Shown here: positions 19,139 through 27,452 of the stretch, piece by piece
Layout of the letters: each line of letters begins with the position of its first letter
How positions within the stretch are numbered: the stretch's first letter is position 1
From: Elusimicrobiota bacterium
GTDB taxonomy: Bacteria > Elusimicrobiota > Elusimicrobia > UBA1565 > UBA9628
DNA length: 64,000 bases
Direction of reading: 5' to 3'
NCBI GenBank assembly: GCA_027319565.1
Contig: DAHVNA010000001.1
Coordinates: forward strand, 107,526-171,525
Made by a program: the position numbers and the translations under genes
The notes under the pieces: generated by a model
Seen by the model: only the letters and a program-made list of their open reading frames with translations
Told to the model about the DNA's origin: nothing
Database searches by the model: none

Positions 19139-20893
19139 ATGCCTGACAAAGCCTTCTTGGCGGATATGATGGTTTCTTCCGGTTCGCTGACGGCGGAACA
19201 AAAAGAGAAAGCTCTCAAGGCTTCTCAAGAAGCTAGGTGCAGCTTTGAAGAGGCGGTCATTAAACTTGGTTTCGCTTCCGAAAGCGTGGTCACTGCGGCT
19301 TTGTCAAGGCAATTAGGCATTCCCCTCGCTTCGCGGGAAAATAAGATTTTAATCCCGGAAAAAGGCCAGGGGCTTGAGAAATTGATTCCTGAAAATTTCG
19401 CTCGAGATCATCTGGTCGTTCCCCTATTTCTTGAAGATGGCACCCTGGGCGTTGCGATGGCAGATCCTACCAATGTGATGCTTCAAGATAATATTCGGGT
19501 CTTGAGTTCCAAAACCATTCATCCCTTTGTGGCGGCAAAAACTCAAATTTTAAAGTCCATTGACGAGCTTTATGGCGGAAATCTTGGAGGCAGTCTCGTT
19601 GATCGTACGCTGGAAGAGGGTAAAAAAAGCGGCGGGGTTAGCGCTGAAGAATCCGACTCTGCGGATGTGCGCGTGGATCTCGACAAGGCTATTTCTGGTT
19701 CAAAAGACGCCCAGATTATTTCTCTTATCAACGCCATTTTAAAACAGGCCGTCAATGAGAGATGTTCCGATATTCATTTGGAAAGTTTTGACAACCGCGC
19801 GAGTTTGCGCTTCCGCATCGACGGGATTTTGTATGAGAGAAGCTCTCCTCCCAAAGCGATATTCGCGTCCTTGGTTTCGAGGATCAAAATTCTCTCGAAA
19901 CTTGATATCGCGGAGCGCCGTCTGCCTCAAGATGGAACCTTTTCAATTAAACTTCAAAACCGCAATATCGATCTGCGGGTTTCCATTTGCCCGACGGTTT
20001 ACGGAGAAAAGGTCGTCATGCGTATTTTAGATAAGGGCGCGGTTAATCTTGACGTAGATAAAATCGGCTTTGAGCCAAAACAGAAAGCGGATTTTTTGGA
20101 TGCGGCCAAACAGCCCCATGGCCTGATATTTCTCACCGGTCCCACGGGGTCCGGAAAAACCACCACCCTTTATTCCGTCTTAAATACCATTAAAACGCCG
20201 GAGCTTAATTTTATGACTATTGAGGATCCGGTTGAAATTAAGCTCGACGGTCTCAATCAAGTTCAGGTTCGCTCCGATATCGGGCTTACTTTTGCCGCGG
20301 CCTTGCGTTCTTTTTTACGCCAAGATCCGGATGTGATTTTAGTCGGAGAGGTTCGAGATCAGGAAACCGCCCAGACCTGCTTAAGGGCGGCCTTAACCGG
20401 ACACCTGGTTCTTTCGACTCTTCACACTAACGACGCGATGTCAACAGTCGTGCGTTTAATTGATCTGGGAATCGAGCCGTTTTTGCTTTCCGGAAGTCTT
20501 CTTTTGGCGGCGGCTCAGCGCTTGGTTCGCATTCTTTGTCCCCATTGCAAAAAGCCTTATAAACCGGACCCCGCTCAATTGGAGGCTTGCATCAAGGAAT
20601 CCATGTTGCCGCAGGCTCAAATTCCGAATCCGGCCAATATCGTTTTTTACAGAGAGCATGGCTGCGATAAATGTTCTCAAACCGGTTATATGGGCCGACG
20701 GGCGATCTATGAAATTTACCGTATTATTCCGGAGATGAGAGAAATTATCTACAAATACGGCGGCGATTTGGCCCGGCTTCGAGAGGTGGCGGTCAAAAGC
20801 GGCATGTGGGATTTAAGGGCGAGCGGTTGGAGAAAGGTTTTGTCCGGGTTGACGACTTCTGAAGAGGTGCTCTCGGTGACGATGAAGGAATAG
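19139..20893 (+). CDS. pilB: Type IV pilus / T2SS extension ATPase (PilB/GspE)
   Basis: SDIHLE, LDIAERRLPQDG, GPTGSGKTTT, TIEDPVE, LRQDPDVILVGEVRD, GHLVLSTLHTND, CPHC/CDKC zinc motif. Confidence 0.95.
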   Translation: MPDKAFLADMMVSSGSLTAEQKEKALKASQEARCSFEEAVIKLGFASESVVTAALSRQLGIPLASRENKILIPEKGQGLEKLIPENFARDHLVVPLFLEDGTLGVAMADPTNVMLQDNIRVLSSKTIHPFVAAKTQILKSIDELYGGNLGGSLVDRTLEEGKKSGGVSAEESDSADVRVDLDKAISGSKDAQIISLINAILKQAVNERCSDIHLESFDNRASLRFRIDGILYERSSPPKAIFASLVSRIKILSKLDIAERRLPQDGTFSIKLQNRNIDLRVSICPTVYGEKVVMRILDKGAVNLDVDKIGFEPKQKADFLDAAKQPHGLIFLTGPTGSGKTTTLYSVLNTIKTPELNFMTIEDPVEIKLDGLNQVQVRSDIGLTFAAALRSFLRQDPDVILVGEVRDQETAQTCLRAALTGHLVLSTLHTNDAMSTVVRLIDLGIEPFLLSGSLLLAAAQRLVRILCPHCKKPYKPDPAQLEACIKESMLPQAQIPNPANIVFYREHGCDKCSQTGYMGRRAIYEIYRIIPEMREIIYKYGGDLARLREVAVKSGMWDLRASGWRKVLSGLTTSEEVLSVTMKE

Positions 20894-20901
20894 GAGGCCT
20901 T

Positions 20902-22125
20902 ATGTCTCAATTTTCATATGTCGTTCAAGACGCTAGGGGCGAGGCCATTTCTGGGACCCTTGAAGCGGGAGATGAAAACGAAGCGGTGGCGGCCCTTCAA
21001 TCAAAGGGCTATTTTATTTTGTCATTGTCTTCTAAAGACACAAAGACGACCAGCCGACAAGGCGCATCTTCCAAATCGCCCAAGGTCGCCCAGCAGGATC
21101 TTATTTTCTTTTCTGAACAATTGTCGACGCTTTTAACCGGTGGCGTTCCTTTAGTTCGAGCTTTGTCCTTGCTTGGAGAACATACCAACTCCCCGGGGCT
21201 TCACGCGGTGGTGGGAGCGGTGACCCAAGACGTGTCCCGCGGAACGGCGCTTTATAAGGCTCTGGCGAAACATCCCGCCATTTTCGATACCTTGTGGGTT
21301 TCCCTGGTTCAAGCGGGAGAAATGGGAGGACAACTCCCCAAGGTTTTGCGGCAAATCGCCAATTATTTGACGGCTCAAGCGGAATTAAGAGGAAAAATCA
21401 TCACGGCTTTGGCTTATCCCGCGGTTCTGGCTTGTATGTCGGGAGGGGTTCTCGCTTTTTTCGTCATCCATATCGTCCCGGTTTTTGCCGATATTTTTAA
21501 GCAATTTCACATTAAACTCCCGATGCTCACCCAAATGGTTGTTTCCACTTCGGAACTCATCGTTCATCACTTAGGCCTGATTATTTTTGTCGTGGTGGGG
21601 GGATACATGGCGTGGAAATCGTATACTTCCACCGATGCCGGCAAAATTGCCAAATGGAATCTGATATTTGGAATTCCTTTTTTTGGCGACTTCATCAAAC
21701 ACATTATGGTCGAAAGACTCTTGACTACTCTTTCGACTTTAATTGAAAGCGGCGTCAGTATTCTTAATGCGATTGCGGTTTTAGAAGGCGTTTTTTCATC
21801 CAATATTATTTTCCAGACGGCTCTGAGCGCGATTAAGGTGGACGTGGCGGCGGGAAAATCAATATCGGCGGCCTTTAGAAAATCGGGGGTTTTGCCTTCC
21901 TTGGTAACCGAGATGATGTTCATGGGGGAAGAATCGGGCAAGTTGCCGGATATGCTTCAGACCATGTCCGGGTTTTACAGGCTTCAAATTGATCAGTTTA
22001 CTCGCAGATTCACCGCCATTATAGACCCGATACTGGTGGTCGGAATCGGCGGACTTGTCGGCGTTATTGTTTTAGCGGTCTTTATGCCAATCTTTAAAAT
22101 GTCGACGATGGGAGGAGGACATTGA
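20902..22125 (+). CDS. pilC: Pilus platform protein PilC/GspF
   Basis: QLSTLLTGGVPL, AGEMGGQL, ALAYP, GEESGKL, AIIDP, AVFMPIF. Confidence 0.95.
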   Translation: MSQFSYVVQDARGEAISGTLEAGDENEAVAALQSKGYFILSLSSKDTKTTSRQGASSKSPKVAQQDLIFFSEQLSTLLTGGVPLVRALSLLGEHTNSPGLHAVVGAVTQDVSRGTALYKALAKHPAIFDTLWVSLVQAGEMGGQLPKVLRQIANYLTAQAELRGKIITALAYPAVLACMSGGVLAFFVIHIVPVFADIFKQFHIKLPMLTQMVVSTSELIVHHLGLIIFVVVGGYMAWKSYTSTDAGKIAKWNLIFGIPFFGDFIKHIMVERLLTTLSTLIESGVSILNAIAVLEGVFSSNIIFQTALSAIKVDVAAGKSISAAFRKSGVLPSLVTEMMFMGEESGKLPDMLQTMSGFYRLQIDQFTRRFTAIIDPILVVGIGGLVGVIVLAVFMPIFKMSTMGGGH

Positions 22126-22736
22126 TGAACGGAGAGGAGAAGAAAGTAAAAGAGAGTAACGGAGAGTCACGGAAAGTAGAAGAAAGTTACGGAAAGCGAC
22201 AGAAGCAACGGAAACAGCCTTTTTCCGTTTCTTTCCGTTTCTTTCCGTTTCTTTCCGTTCCGTTTGGTTTTACGCTCATAGAGCTTTTAGTGGTGATTTT
22301 GATTGTCGGAATATTGGCGGCTATTGGATATCCTTCCTACATCCGTTCGATGGAAACCAGCAAGGCCAACGACGCCGTGGGGTATTTGACCATGGCTGGG
22401 AACGCCGATCGGATGTACGCCGTGGATCATAATGGGATATATGTTGCAGCGGGACAAATTACTGATTCCTGTGATAATGGGGCTACTTGTCCTCAGAACA
22501 ATGCCTGCGACTTGGTCTATTGCGGCTATATGCCGGCGGACAATTACAGTGAAAAGCCCTACAGTATTACCATTAATGCTTACGCTCCGCCTCCATCAGC
22601 GCTGGTGACGGTTCAGCGTTGTACAGGTTCTTCTCCTTGTACAAATTCTTCTCCTTACACCGGTTGGGGATATAATATTGATGCCAATGGAAATGTCACG
22701 CCATTTGGTAATCAGACGCCGCCGCCGCCACAATAA
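22125..22736 (+). CDS. Type IV pilin (PilE/PilA-like) with an unusually long 48-aa leader
   Basis: G|FTLIELLVVILIVGILAAIGYPSY class III signal; ATG overlaps the pilC stop (TGATG); Cys-rich C-terminal domain. Confidence 0.9.
   Translation: MNGEEKKVKESNGESRKVEESYGKRQKQRKQPFSVSFRFFPFLSVPFGFTLIELLVVILIVGILAAIGYPSYIRSMETSKANDAVGYLTMAGNADRMYAVDHNGIYVAAGQITDSCDNGATCPQNNACDLVYCGYMPADNYSEKPYSITINAYAPPPSALVTVQRCTGSSPCTNSSPYTGWGYNIDANGNVTPFGNQTPPPPQ
22127..22260. repeat. Decamer tandem arrays in inverted orientation (hairpin) encoding the prepilin leader
   Basis: About 7-8 degenerate purine-rich 10-mers (e.g. GGAAAGTAGA, AGAAAGTTAC) followed by 3.8 perfect copies of TTTCCGTTTC at 22222-22259, complementary to ACGGAAAG. 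Confidence 0.85.
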
Positions 22737-22751
22737 GAAAGAAGAAAGCAA

Positions 22752-23321
22752 ATGAAAGAAACGGGCGCGACGCTTATTGAGGTTTTAGCCTCCGTTCTCA
22801 TAGCGGCGGTGATGACTTCCGCTGTTTTCAGCGTGACCTTGGGGGCCAAGGTACAATCAAAAATTACGGAAGAACACAATGCGGCGTCTGAGTGCGTGAC
22901 CCAGCTGACCAATGAACTTCACTCTTTCGTCACCGGTTATTGGGATTACAATACGAATACTTTCAATTCCAATATGACGGAAATCTGCGGCCCCGCTGAT
23001 TCGTCTTGTTACCCGGGAACAAGTGGGGGGAATTCCTCTCAATGGACTTGGGCAGATCTGGGAGTAACGGATAACTGCGGGAGCGGCTGTTACGTTTTAG
23101 CTACCGGAACTCACGTCCTTTCAGTTGGGCCCAATGGCTTGACGGCTTTGGGCCAACCCTTTTGTCTTCCTCCCTGGATGTGGCAGCCGCCTTATAATCC
23201 TAGTGGAAATCAGCTCTTGTCCTATACCGTTTCGGCTCCACCGATCGTCTCCGGTCAACAAGTGGGAGGGCCAGGGGTTCAAGTGACGGTGAATTGGTAT
23301 AACATCAATGGGTCCCAATGA
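22752..23321 (+). CDS. Minor pilin, PilV-like
   Basis: MKETG|ATLIEVLASVLIAAV class III signal; Cys-rich. Confidence 0.8.
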   Translation: MKETGATLIEVLASVLIAAVMTSAVFSVTLGAKVQSKITEEHNAASECVTQLTNELHSFVTGYWDYNTNTFNSNMTEICGPADSSCYPGTSGGNSSQWTWADLGVTDNCGSGCYVLATGTHVLSVGPNGLTALGQPFCLPPWMWQPPYNPSGNQLLSYTVSAPPIVSGQQVGGPGVQVTVNWYNINGSQ

Positions 23322-23992
23322 ATAAAAATTTTATCGGAGTTTCGATGAGAAATGGCGGATTTACCTTGGTCGAAATGATTGTCGCTCTTCTTTTAAGCTC
23401 TCTTGTCATGGTGGGCTTGATTGATATTACCGCTAGCATCATCGCCCAGCATTTTGAGGGAATTCGTAGAGGAAGAGTAGACAGTGAGACCCTTTATTCT
23501 CTCGATCAGATGAGGCTGGAGCTTGAAGCCGCGACCTATTACTCTTATCCCAATACGTCAAGCCCGGCTACCATGTCCATTCAGGGCTGCGGAAATTATT
23601 TTTCAGCGACAAGCCCTGGTACGCAAATTTACACGGGGCCCGGCGCAACAATAAGTTCTTTTGCCTATTGCCTTGAGAACAAGTGTACAGGGAGTAATTC
23701 CAATTTGTGCGATCCATCGGGTTATACGGGGCCCTATGATTTAATTCGCTATTATAATCCCAATGGTTGTCCTATTTCGTGCGGAGGAGGGACGCCTCAG
23801 ACCTTGGTTTATCAGAATGTCTATTTAGAACCAATATCATTAAATCCTTCGGGCCAGCCTTTTGTCTTGAACCGGCCGCTCGGCGGGGTCGATGTGCATA
23901 TGATTATAGGCTATCCTGTTTTGGCGGGAGAAACCCCCACCTATTATCAAATTGATACAACCTATATTCCGGATACGGGGCGCATGCAGTGA
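23318..23992 (+). CDS. Minor pilin, PilW-like
   Basis: GG|FTLVEMIVALLLSSLV; ATGA coupling; Cys-rich. Confidence 0.82.
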   Translation: MNKNFIGVSMRNGGFTLVEMIVALLLSSLVMVGLIDITASIIAQHFEGIRRGRVDSETLYSLDQMRLELEAATYYSYPNTSSPATMSIQGCGNYFSATSPGTQIYTGPGATISSFAYCLENKCTGSNSNLCDPSGYTGPYDLIRYYNPNGCPISCGGGTPQTLVYQNVYLEPISLNPSGQPFVLNRPLGGVDVHMIIGYPVLAGETPTYYQIDTTYIPDTGRMQ

Positions 23993-24423
23993 TTAAAAAT
24001 TCCAGAGGGCAGATTTTAACCAGCACCTTGGTGACCGCCATGGTGGTAGTCCTCATCGCGGCCGGGCTCATGCATTTAATCTTGATGAGGTATACCGCCG
24101 CTAATAGAGCGACGATGGAGGTTAAATACACCCGCTGCGTTCAACTGGCCGTGGGTCAATTTTTTTCTACCTGGGACAGGCTTAGTTCAACTGCGGGGGT
24201 CACCGATCCTGTTTGCAGTAGCGCGTCGCCACTGTTTACCTGTGCTGGGTCAAACCATGGACATTGCCATTGTACCTGTACATTTAACAGTGGATCCTTA
24301 TCCGGCCTCACGGTGAAGGTGAAACCTGGTACAAATGGTGCAAACCCTCCTTGCACTTTTGAGGCTCAGACTACAACGAATACGTCCTCGCCCTTTGCCT
24401 CGGTTACCCCCGTTTGCCAGTGA
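23989..24423 (+). CDS. Minor pilin, PilX-like (no Glu5)
   Basis: SRG|QILTSTLVTAMVVVLIAAG; last of the pilin series; Cys-rich. Confidence 0.65.
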   Translation: MIKNSRGQILTSTLVTAMVVVLIAAGLMHLILMRYTAANRATMEVKYTRCVQLAVGQFFSTWDRLSSTAGVTDPVCSSASPLFTCAGSNHGHCHCTCTFNSGSLSGLTVKVKPGTNGANPPCTFEAQTTTNTSSPFASVTPVCQ

Positions 24424-25391
24424 AACGCCTAATTGTTACCGCCGACGATTTTGGGGCGAGTTCTTTTGTCAACGAGGCGGTCATCCGCGCTTTTAAAGAA
24501 GGCATTTTGCGCTTTGCAAGCTTGATTGTTGACGCGCCCGCGGCCGAAGAAGCGGCGAAATTGGCTAAAGAAAACCCTGGCCTTGGCGTCGGGCTTCATT
24601 TGGACTTGTGCCATGAATTTGGAAGCGATTCTTGCTTTCCTCGTCATTCCGGCGAAAGCCGGAATCCAGACTTTCGCGCGGAGCTAGACTCCGGCTTACA
24701 AATTGCCGGAGTGACGAATCGAGCGGTTTGGGCCAATTCTCCAGCTCTTTGGGGCTTACGGTATTTTTTTTCTCCATATTGGAGAAAACGGATCGCTTCA
24801 GAAATTTCCCGGCAACTAGAGAAGTTTCTCTCGCTTGGAATTAATCCTACGCATGCGGACGGGCACACTAATATCCATATCCACCCCGTTATTTTCCCCG
24901 CCCTTTTGCGGGCCTGCCAAAAATACGGAATTTCCAGGATCAGGGTTCCCGCCGGAGAGTACGATTTGGGCCGGCGCTATTTAAAGAAAATTCCGTTTCT
25001 AAACAAGGTAGAATACGCGGCGTTTGGAGCGCTTGGCCCCTATCTCAAAAAACAAGCCAAGAAAATCGCGCCTCAAATCGAGATACTTCCCCGCTGTTTT
25101 GGACTTTTGCGCTCAGGGCGCATGAGGGAAGACTATGTTCTAAGGCTTTTAGAAAATCTGCCCGAGGGAGACAGCGAAATTTATTTTCATCCCTCGCTGG
25201 ATCCAAAAAGCCGAGTGTTCGGAGATTCTCCGACAAAGACCCATCAGACCATAACGGAATTTGAAACCTTGACTAGTCCGCGGATTTTAGAAGCTCTGGG
25301 GCGTTTGGATATCGCGTTGTTTTCGCCCGGTGGCTTAGATAAATCAAAAAGCCAAACGAAGACCACAAAATCTCCCGAATATGGCGGATAA
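24420..25391 (+). CDS. hpnK: YdjC/ChbG-family deacetylase, hopanoid-associated HpnK
   Basis: RLIVTADDFG, GVGLHL, GLRYFF, HADGHTNIHIHP, SEIYFHP; next to hpnJ/hpnI; GTG overlaps the previous stop. Confidence 0.85.
   Translation: MKRLIVTADDFGASSFVNEAVIRAFKEGILRFASLIVDAPAAEEAAKLAKENPGLGVGLHLDLCHEFGSDSCFPRHSGESRNPDFRAELDSGLQIAGVTNRAVWANSPALWGLRYFFSPYWRKRIASEISRQLEKFLSLGINPTHADGHTNIHIHPVIFPALLRACQKYGISRIRVPAGEYDLGRRYLKKIPFLNKVEYAAFGALGPYLKKQAKKIAPQIEILPRCFGLLRSGRMREDYVLRLLENLPEGDSEIYFHPSLDPKSRVFGDSPTKTHQTITEFETLTSPRILEALGRLDIALFSPGGLDKSKSQTKTTKSPEYGG
24641..24717. repeat. REP-like composite palindromic element within the hpnK coding sequence
   Basis: TCGTCATTCCGGCGAAAGCCGGAATCCAG-14 nt-CTAGACTCCGGCTTACAAATTGCCGGAGTGACGA: two hairpins within a larger inverted repeat; second copy at 49972-50045. 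Confidence 0.88.
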
Positions 25392-26277
25392 TGGCAAAAC
25401 TAAGTCCCTGACCTGCGGTATATCCAAAGGCCTTAAAGATCAAAACCTTTCCGGCTTCTTGAGTTCCGAGCTTGGCCGGCACCATAAAAAACACCGCCTC
25501 AAAGGCGTTTGAGAGAGCTTCGATGACCAAGGCCGTAAAGGCGTCAATGGGCAGATTCATAAATGAGCAGATGACTGCCACTTCAATCATCATTGAGGCG
25601 TATCCAACGGTAAAAAACAAGACGGAAAAGCCCATCCGAATGGGATGCGCCGTTAAATAGCGTCTCATGTTCTCCCGAATGGCCGAAATTCCGGGCCCGC
25701 CGATATCGCAAAAAAATTTTCCTTGTTTGTTTTTATAGGCGAGAATAAAGAGAGAAAAGGCGATTAGCCCGGCGACAAACAGGGCTCCTAAAACGATCCA
25801 AAGAATTTCTCCGCCGTCTAAGGCGTTCATTTTTCCTAATATTAAAAATAAAATTCCGACTAAAATAAAGGCCATTTGCCCGAGGCTTTGAGAGAGTTTG
25901 CCGATAAAGACGCTGGTGTTTTTTATTTCGGAAGAAAGTTCGCTTCCCAAAAAAGGCGGGCGGACAAATTCTCCGGCGACGGTAGCCGATGGAGTGAGAT
26001 AATTGACCCCGTCGCCCGCGAGTCTGCCTTGAGCCAAGGACAGAAAGCGAACTTTATTCCCGTCTTGGGGCGCCAAGGTAAAACGCCAGGCCCAGGCATT
26101 GAGGCTTTGTTCAAGAATCGGAATGGGGAGAATGGCGAGAAAACCCCAAAGACCGAACTCGCGGATATGCGCGAGTATTCTAGCGGGGCCGAGATGATGG
26201 ATGAGGAAAAAAAGCGTAATCAGCCCGATGATGATGACAAGCCGGTGAAACCAAAGAAGAGCTTTTTTAGAGCTCAT
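25273..26277 (-). CDS. Flippase-like membrane protein (lysylphosphatidylglycerol synthase TM / HpnL-like)
   Basis: RLAGDGVNYLTPSATVAGEFVR, FFMVPAKLGTQEAG, IIRHIREILW; downstream of hpnI. Confidence 0.8.
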   Translation of the reverse strand: MSSKKALLWFHRLVIIIGLITLFFLIHHLGPARILAHIREFGLWGFLAILPIPILEQSLNAWAWRFTLAPQDGNKVRFLSLAQGRLAGDGVNYLTPSATVAGEFVRPPFLGSELSSEIKNTSVFIGKLSQSLGQMAFILVGILFLILGKMNALDGGEILWIVLGALFVAGLIAFSLFILAYKNKQGKFFCDIGGPGISAIRENMRRYLTAHPIRMGFSVLFFTVGYASMMIEVAVICSFMNLPIDAFTALVIEALSNAFEAVFFMVPAKLGTQEAGKVLIFKAFGYTAGQGLSFAIIRHIREILWSSFGFLIYLSHRAKTTRYPNAPELLKSAD

Positions 26278-27446
26278 CTTTCTGCGGCAACTAAAGCGGG
26301 CTCGTCAATAGTTTCGGGGAAGGAATAGGCTTCTCCTCTCCAGGAGACGGATTGGTTTTTCCAGCCATATCCCCAGGCGAAAAAAATGATGATTTCGTTT
26401 AAGGGCAACAGGAAAAAAGAGCGCCAGTTTGACTTCACGCCGGAGGCGTCTAAAATCCGCTGCTGCGCCAAAAATTTGGATAAAACGACGGCGGCCATCA
26501 ACATGAGAGCGTTTGAACTAGGGCCAAAGAGAAATAAAGAGAGAATGAGCAGAGAAAACCCATGGAGAAACAAAAGCCCTAGGTATCCAGAAGCGCGGCA
26601 GGTCCGAATCGTGTGGGCCCAGCGAATCTGGTGCTTAAGGTATTTGAGAAACCCTGAATCTTCTGTCACGCATTCGACTAAACAAGAGGCGGCAGCGATT
26701 TGAAGCCCAAGGGCTTTGACCGCTTCGCCTAAAACAAAATCATCGGCTAGGTGGCGGGAGAGATACTCAAATCCGCCGATTTTTTCAAAAACCTCTTTGC
26801 GAATCAGCATCGCCGCTCCCATCGCAAAACGCATCCCAAAAGAATAAGCCGCCATGGCTTGGGGGAGAAAATAGGCGTTGATGGATAATGCTTCCATCGA
26901 GGGCCAGAACTTGCGGCTTTGAGCCCCCTGGTAAAAGGAGGTGACCAGCCCAATTTGGGGGTTTGAAAGGGGTTCGGTCATGCGCTTTAGGAAATCTTTT
27001 TGGACTCGGACATCGGAGTCGGCCATCATTAAGAGGGGATATTTAATGAAAGCTTGAGCGGAAGAGACGTTATTGATTTTAGGGTTAAGCCCCTTAAGGG
27101 AATTGCCTTGAGAGAAAACAATTTCAATATCTTGTTCCGGAAATTTTTCCTTTATTTTTTGCGCGATCGAAGTGGCGGGGTCATCGGGGTTTGTAATGGT
27201 GAGGATGATTTGAAACAGTGGGTAATCAAGAGAACAAAAGCTTTCTAAATTTTCGGCTAGCCCCGGTTCGTTGCCCTTGAGCGGTTTAAGAATGGTAACC
27301 GGAGGACAAAAATCAGACTGGGATTTCCTTTTTTTTAGAATGGAAGGGGCAAGAAGAGCCGTTAAAAGAGAAAAGGCGATTGAAAAAACGGCGATTCCGT
27401 AGAGAAAGAAGAAAACCACATCAACGGCTGCCGGTTGAGAAATCAT
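26274..27446 (-). CDS. hpnI: Hopanoid-associated GT2 glycosyltransferase (ceramide glucosyltransferase-like)
   Basis: PVTILKPLKG, NPKINN, ADSDV, LADDFVLG, HQIRWAHTIR; context with hpnJ. Confidence 0.88.
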   Translation of the reverse strand: MISQPAAVDVVFFFLYGIAVFSIAFSLLTALLAPSILKKRKSQSDFCPPVTILKPLKGNEPGLAENLESFCSLDYPLFQIILTITNPDDPATSIAQKIKEKFPEQDIEIVFSQGNSLKGLNPKINNVSSAQAFIKYPLLMMADSDVRVQKDFLKRMTEPLSNPQIGLVTSFYQGAQSRKFWPSMEALSINAYFLPQAMAAYSFGMRFAMGAAMLIRKEVFEKIGGFEYLSRHLADDFVLGEAVKALGLQIAAASCLVECVTEDSGFLKYLKHQIRWAHTIRTCRASGYLGLLFLHGFSLLILSLFLFGPSSNALMLMAAVVLSKFLAQQRILDASGVKSNWRSFFLLPLNEIIIFFAWGYGWKNQSVSWRGEAYSFPETIDEPALVAAER

Positions 27447-27452
27447 TCCAGA

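Noticed and set aside
22127..22260. Repeat array as a CRISPR
   Set aside because: 10-bp tandem units with no unique spacers, no cas genes, and it lies within a CDS
22620..22660. 18-bp near-duplication in the pilin gene (CTGSSP/CTNSSP)
   Set aside because: Two-copy coding micro-duplication; no template repeat or reverse transcriptase to suggest a diversity-generating retroelement
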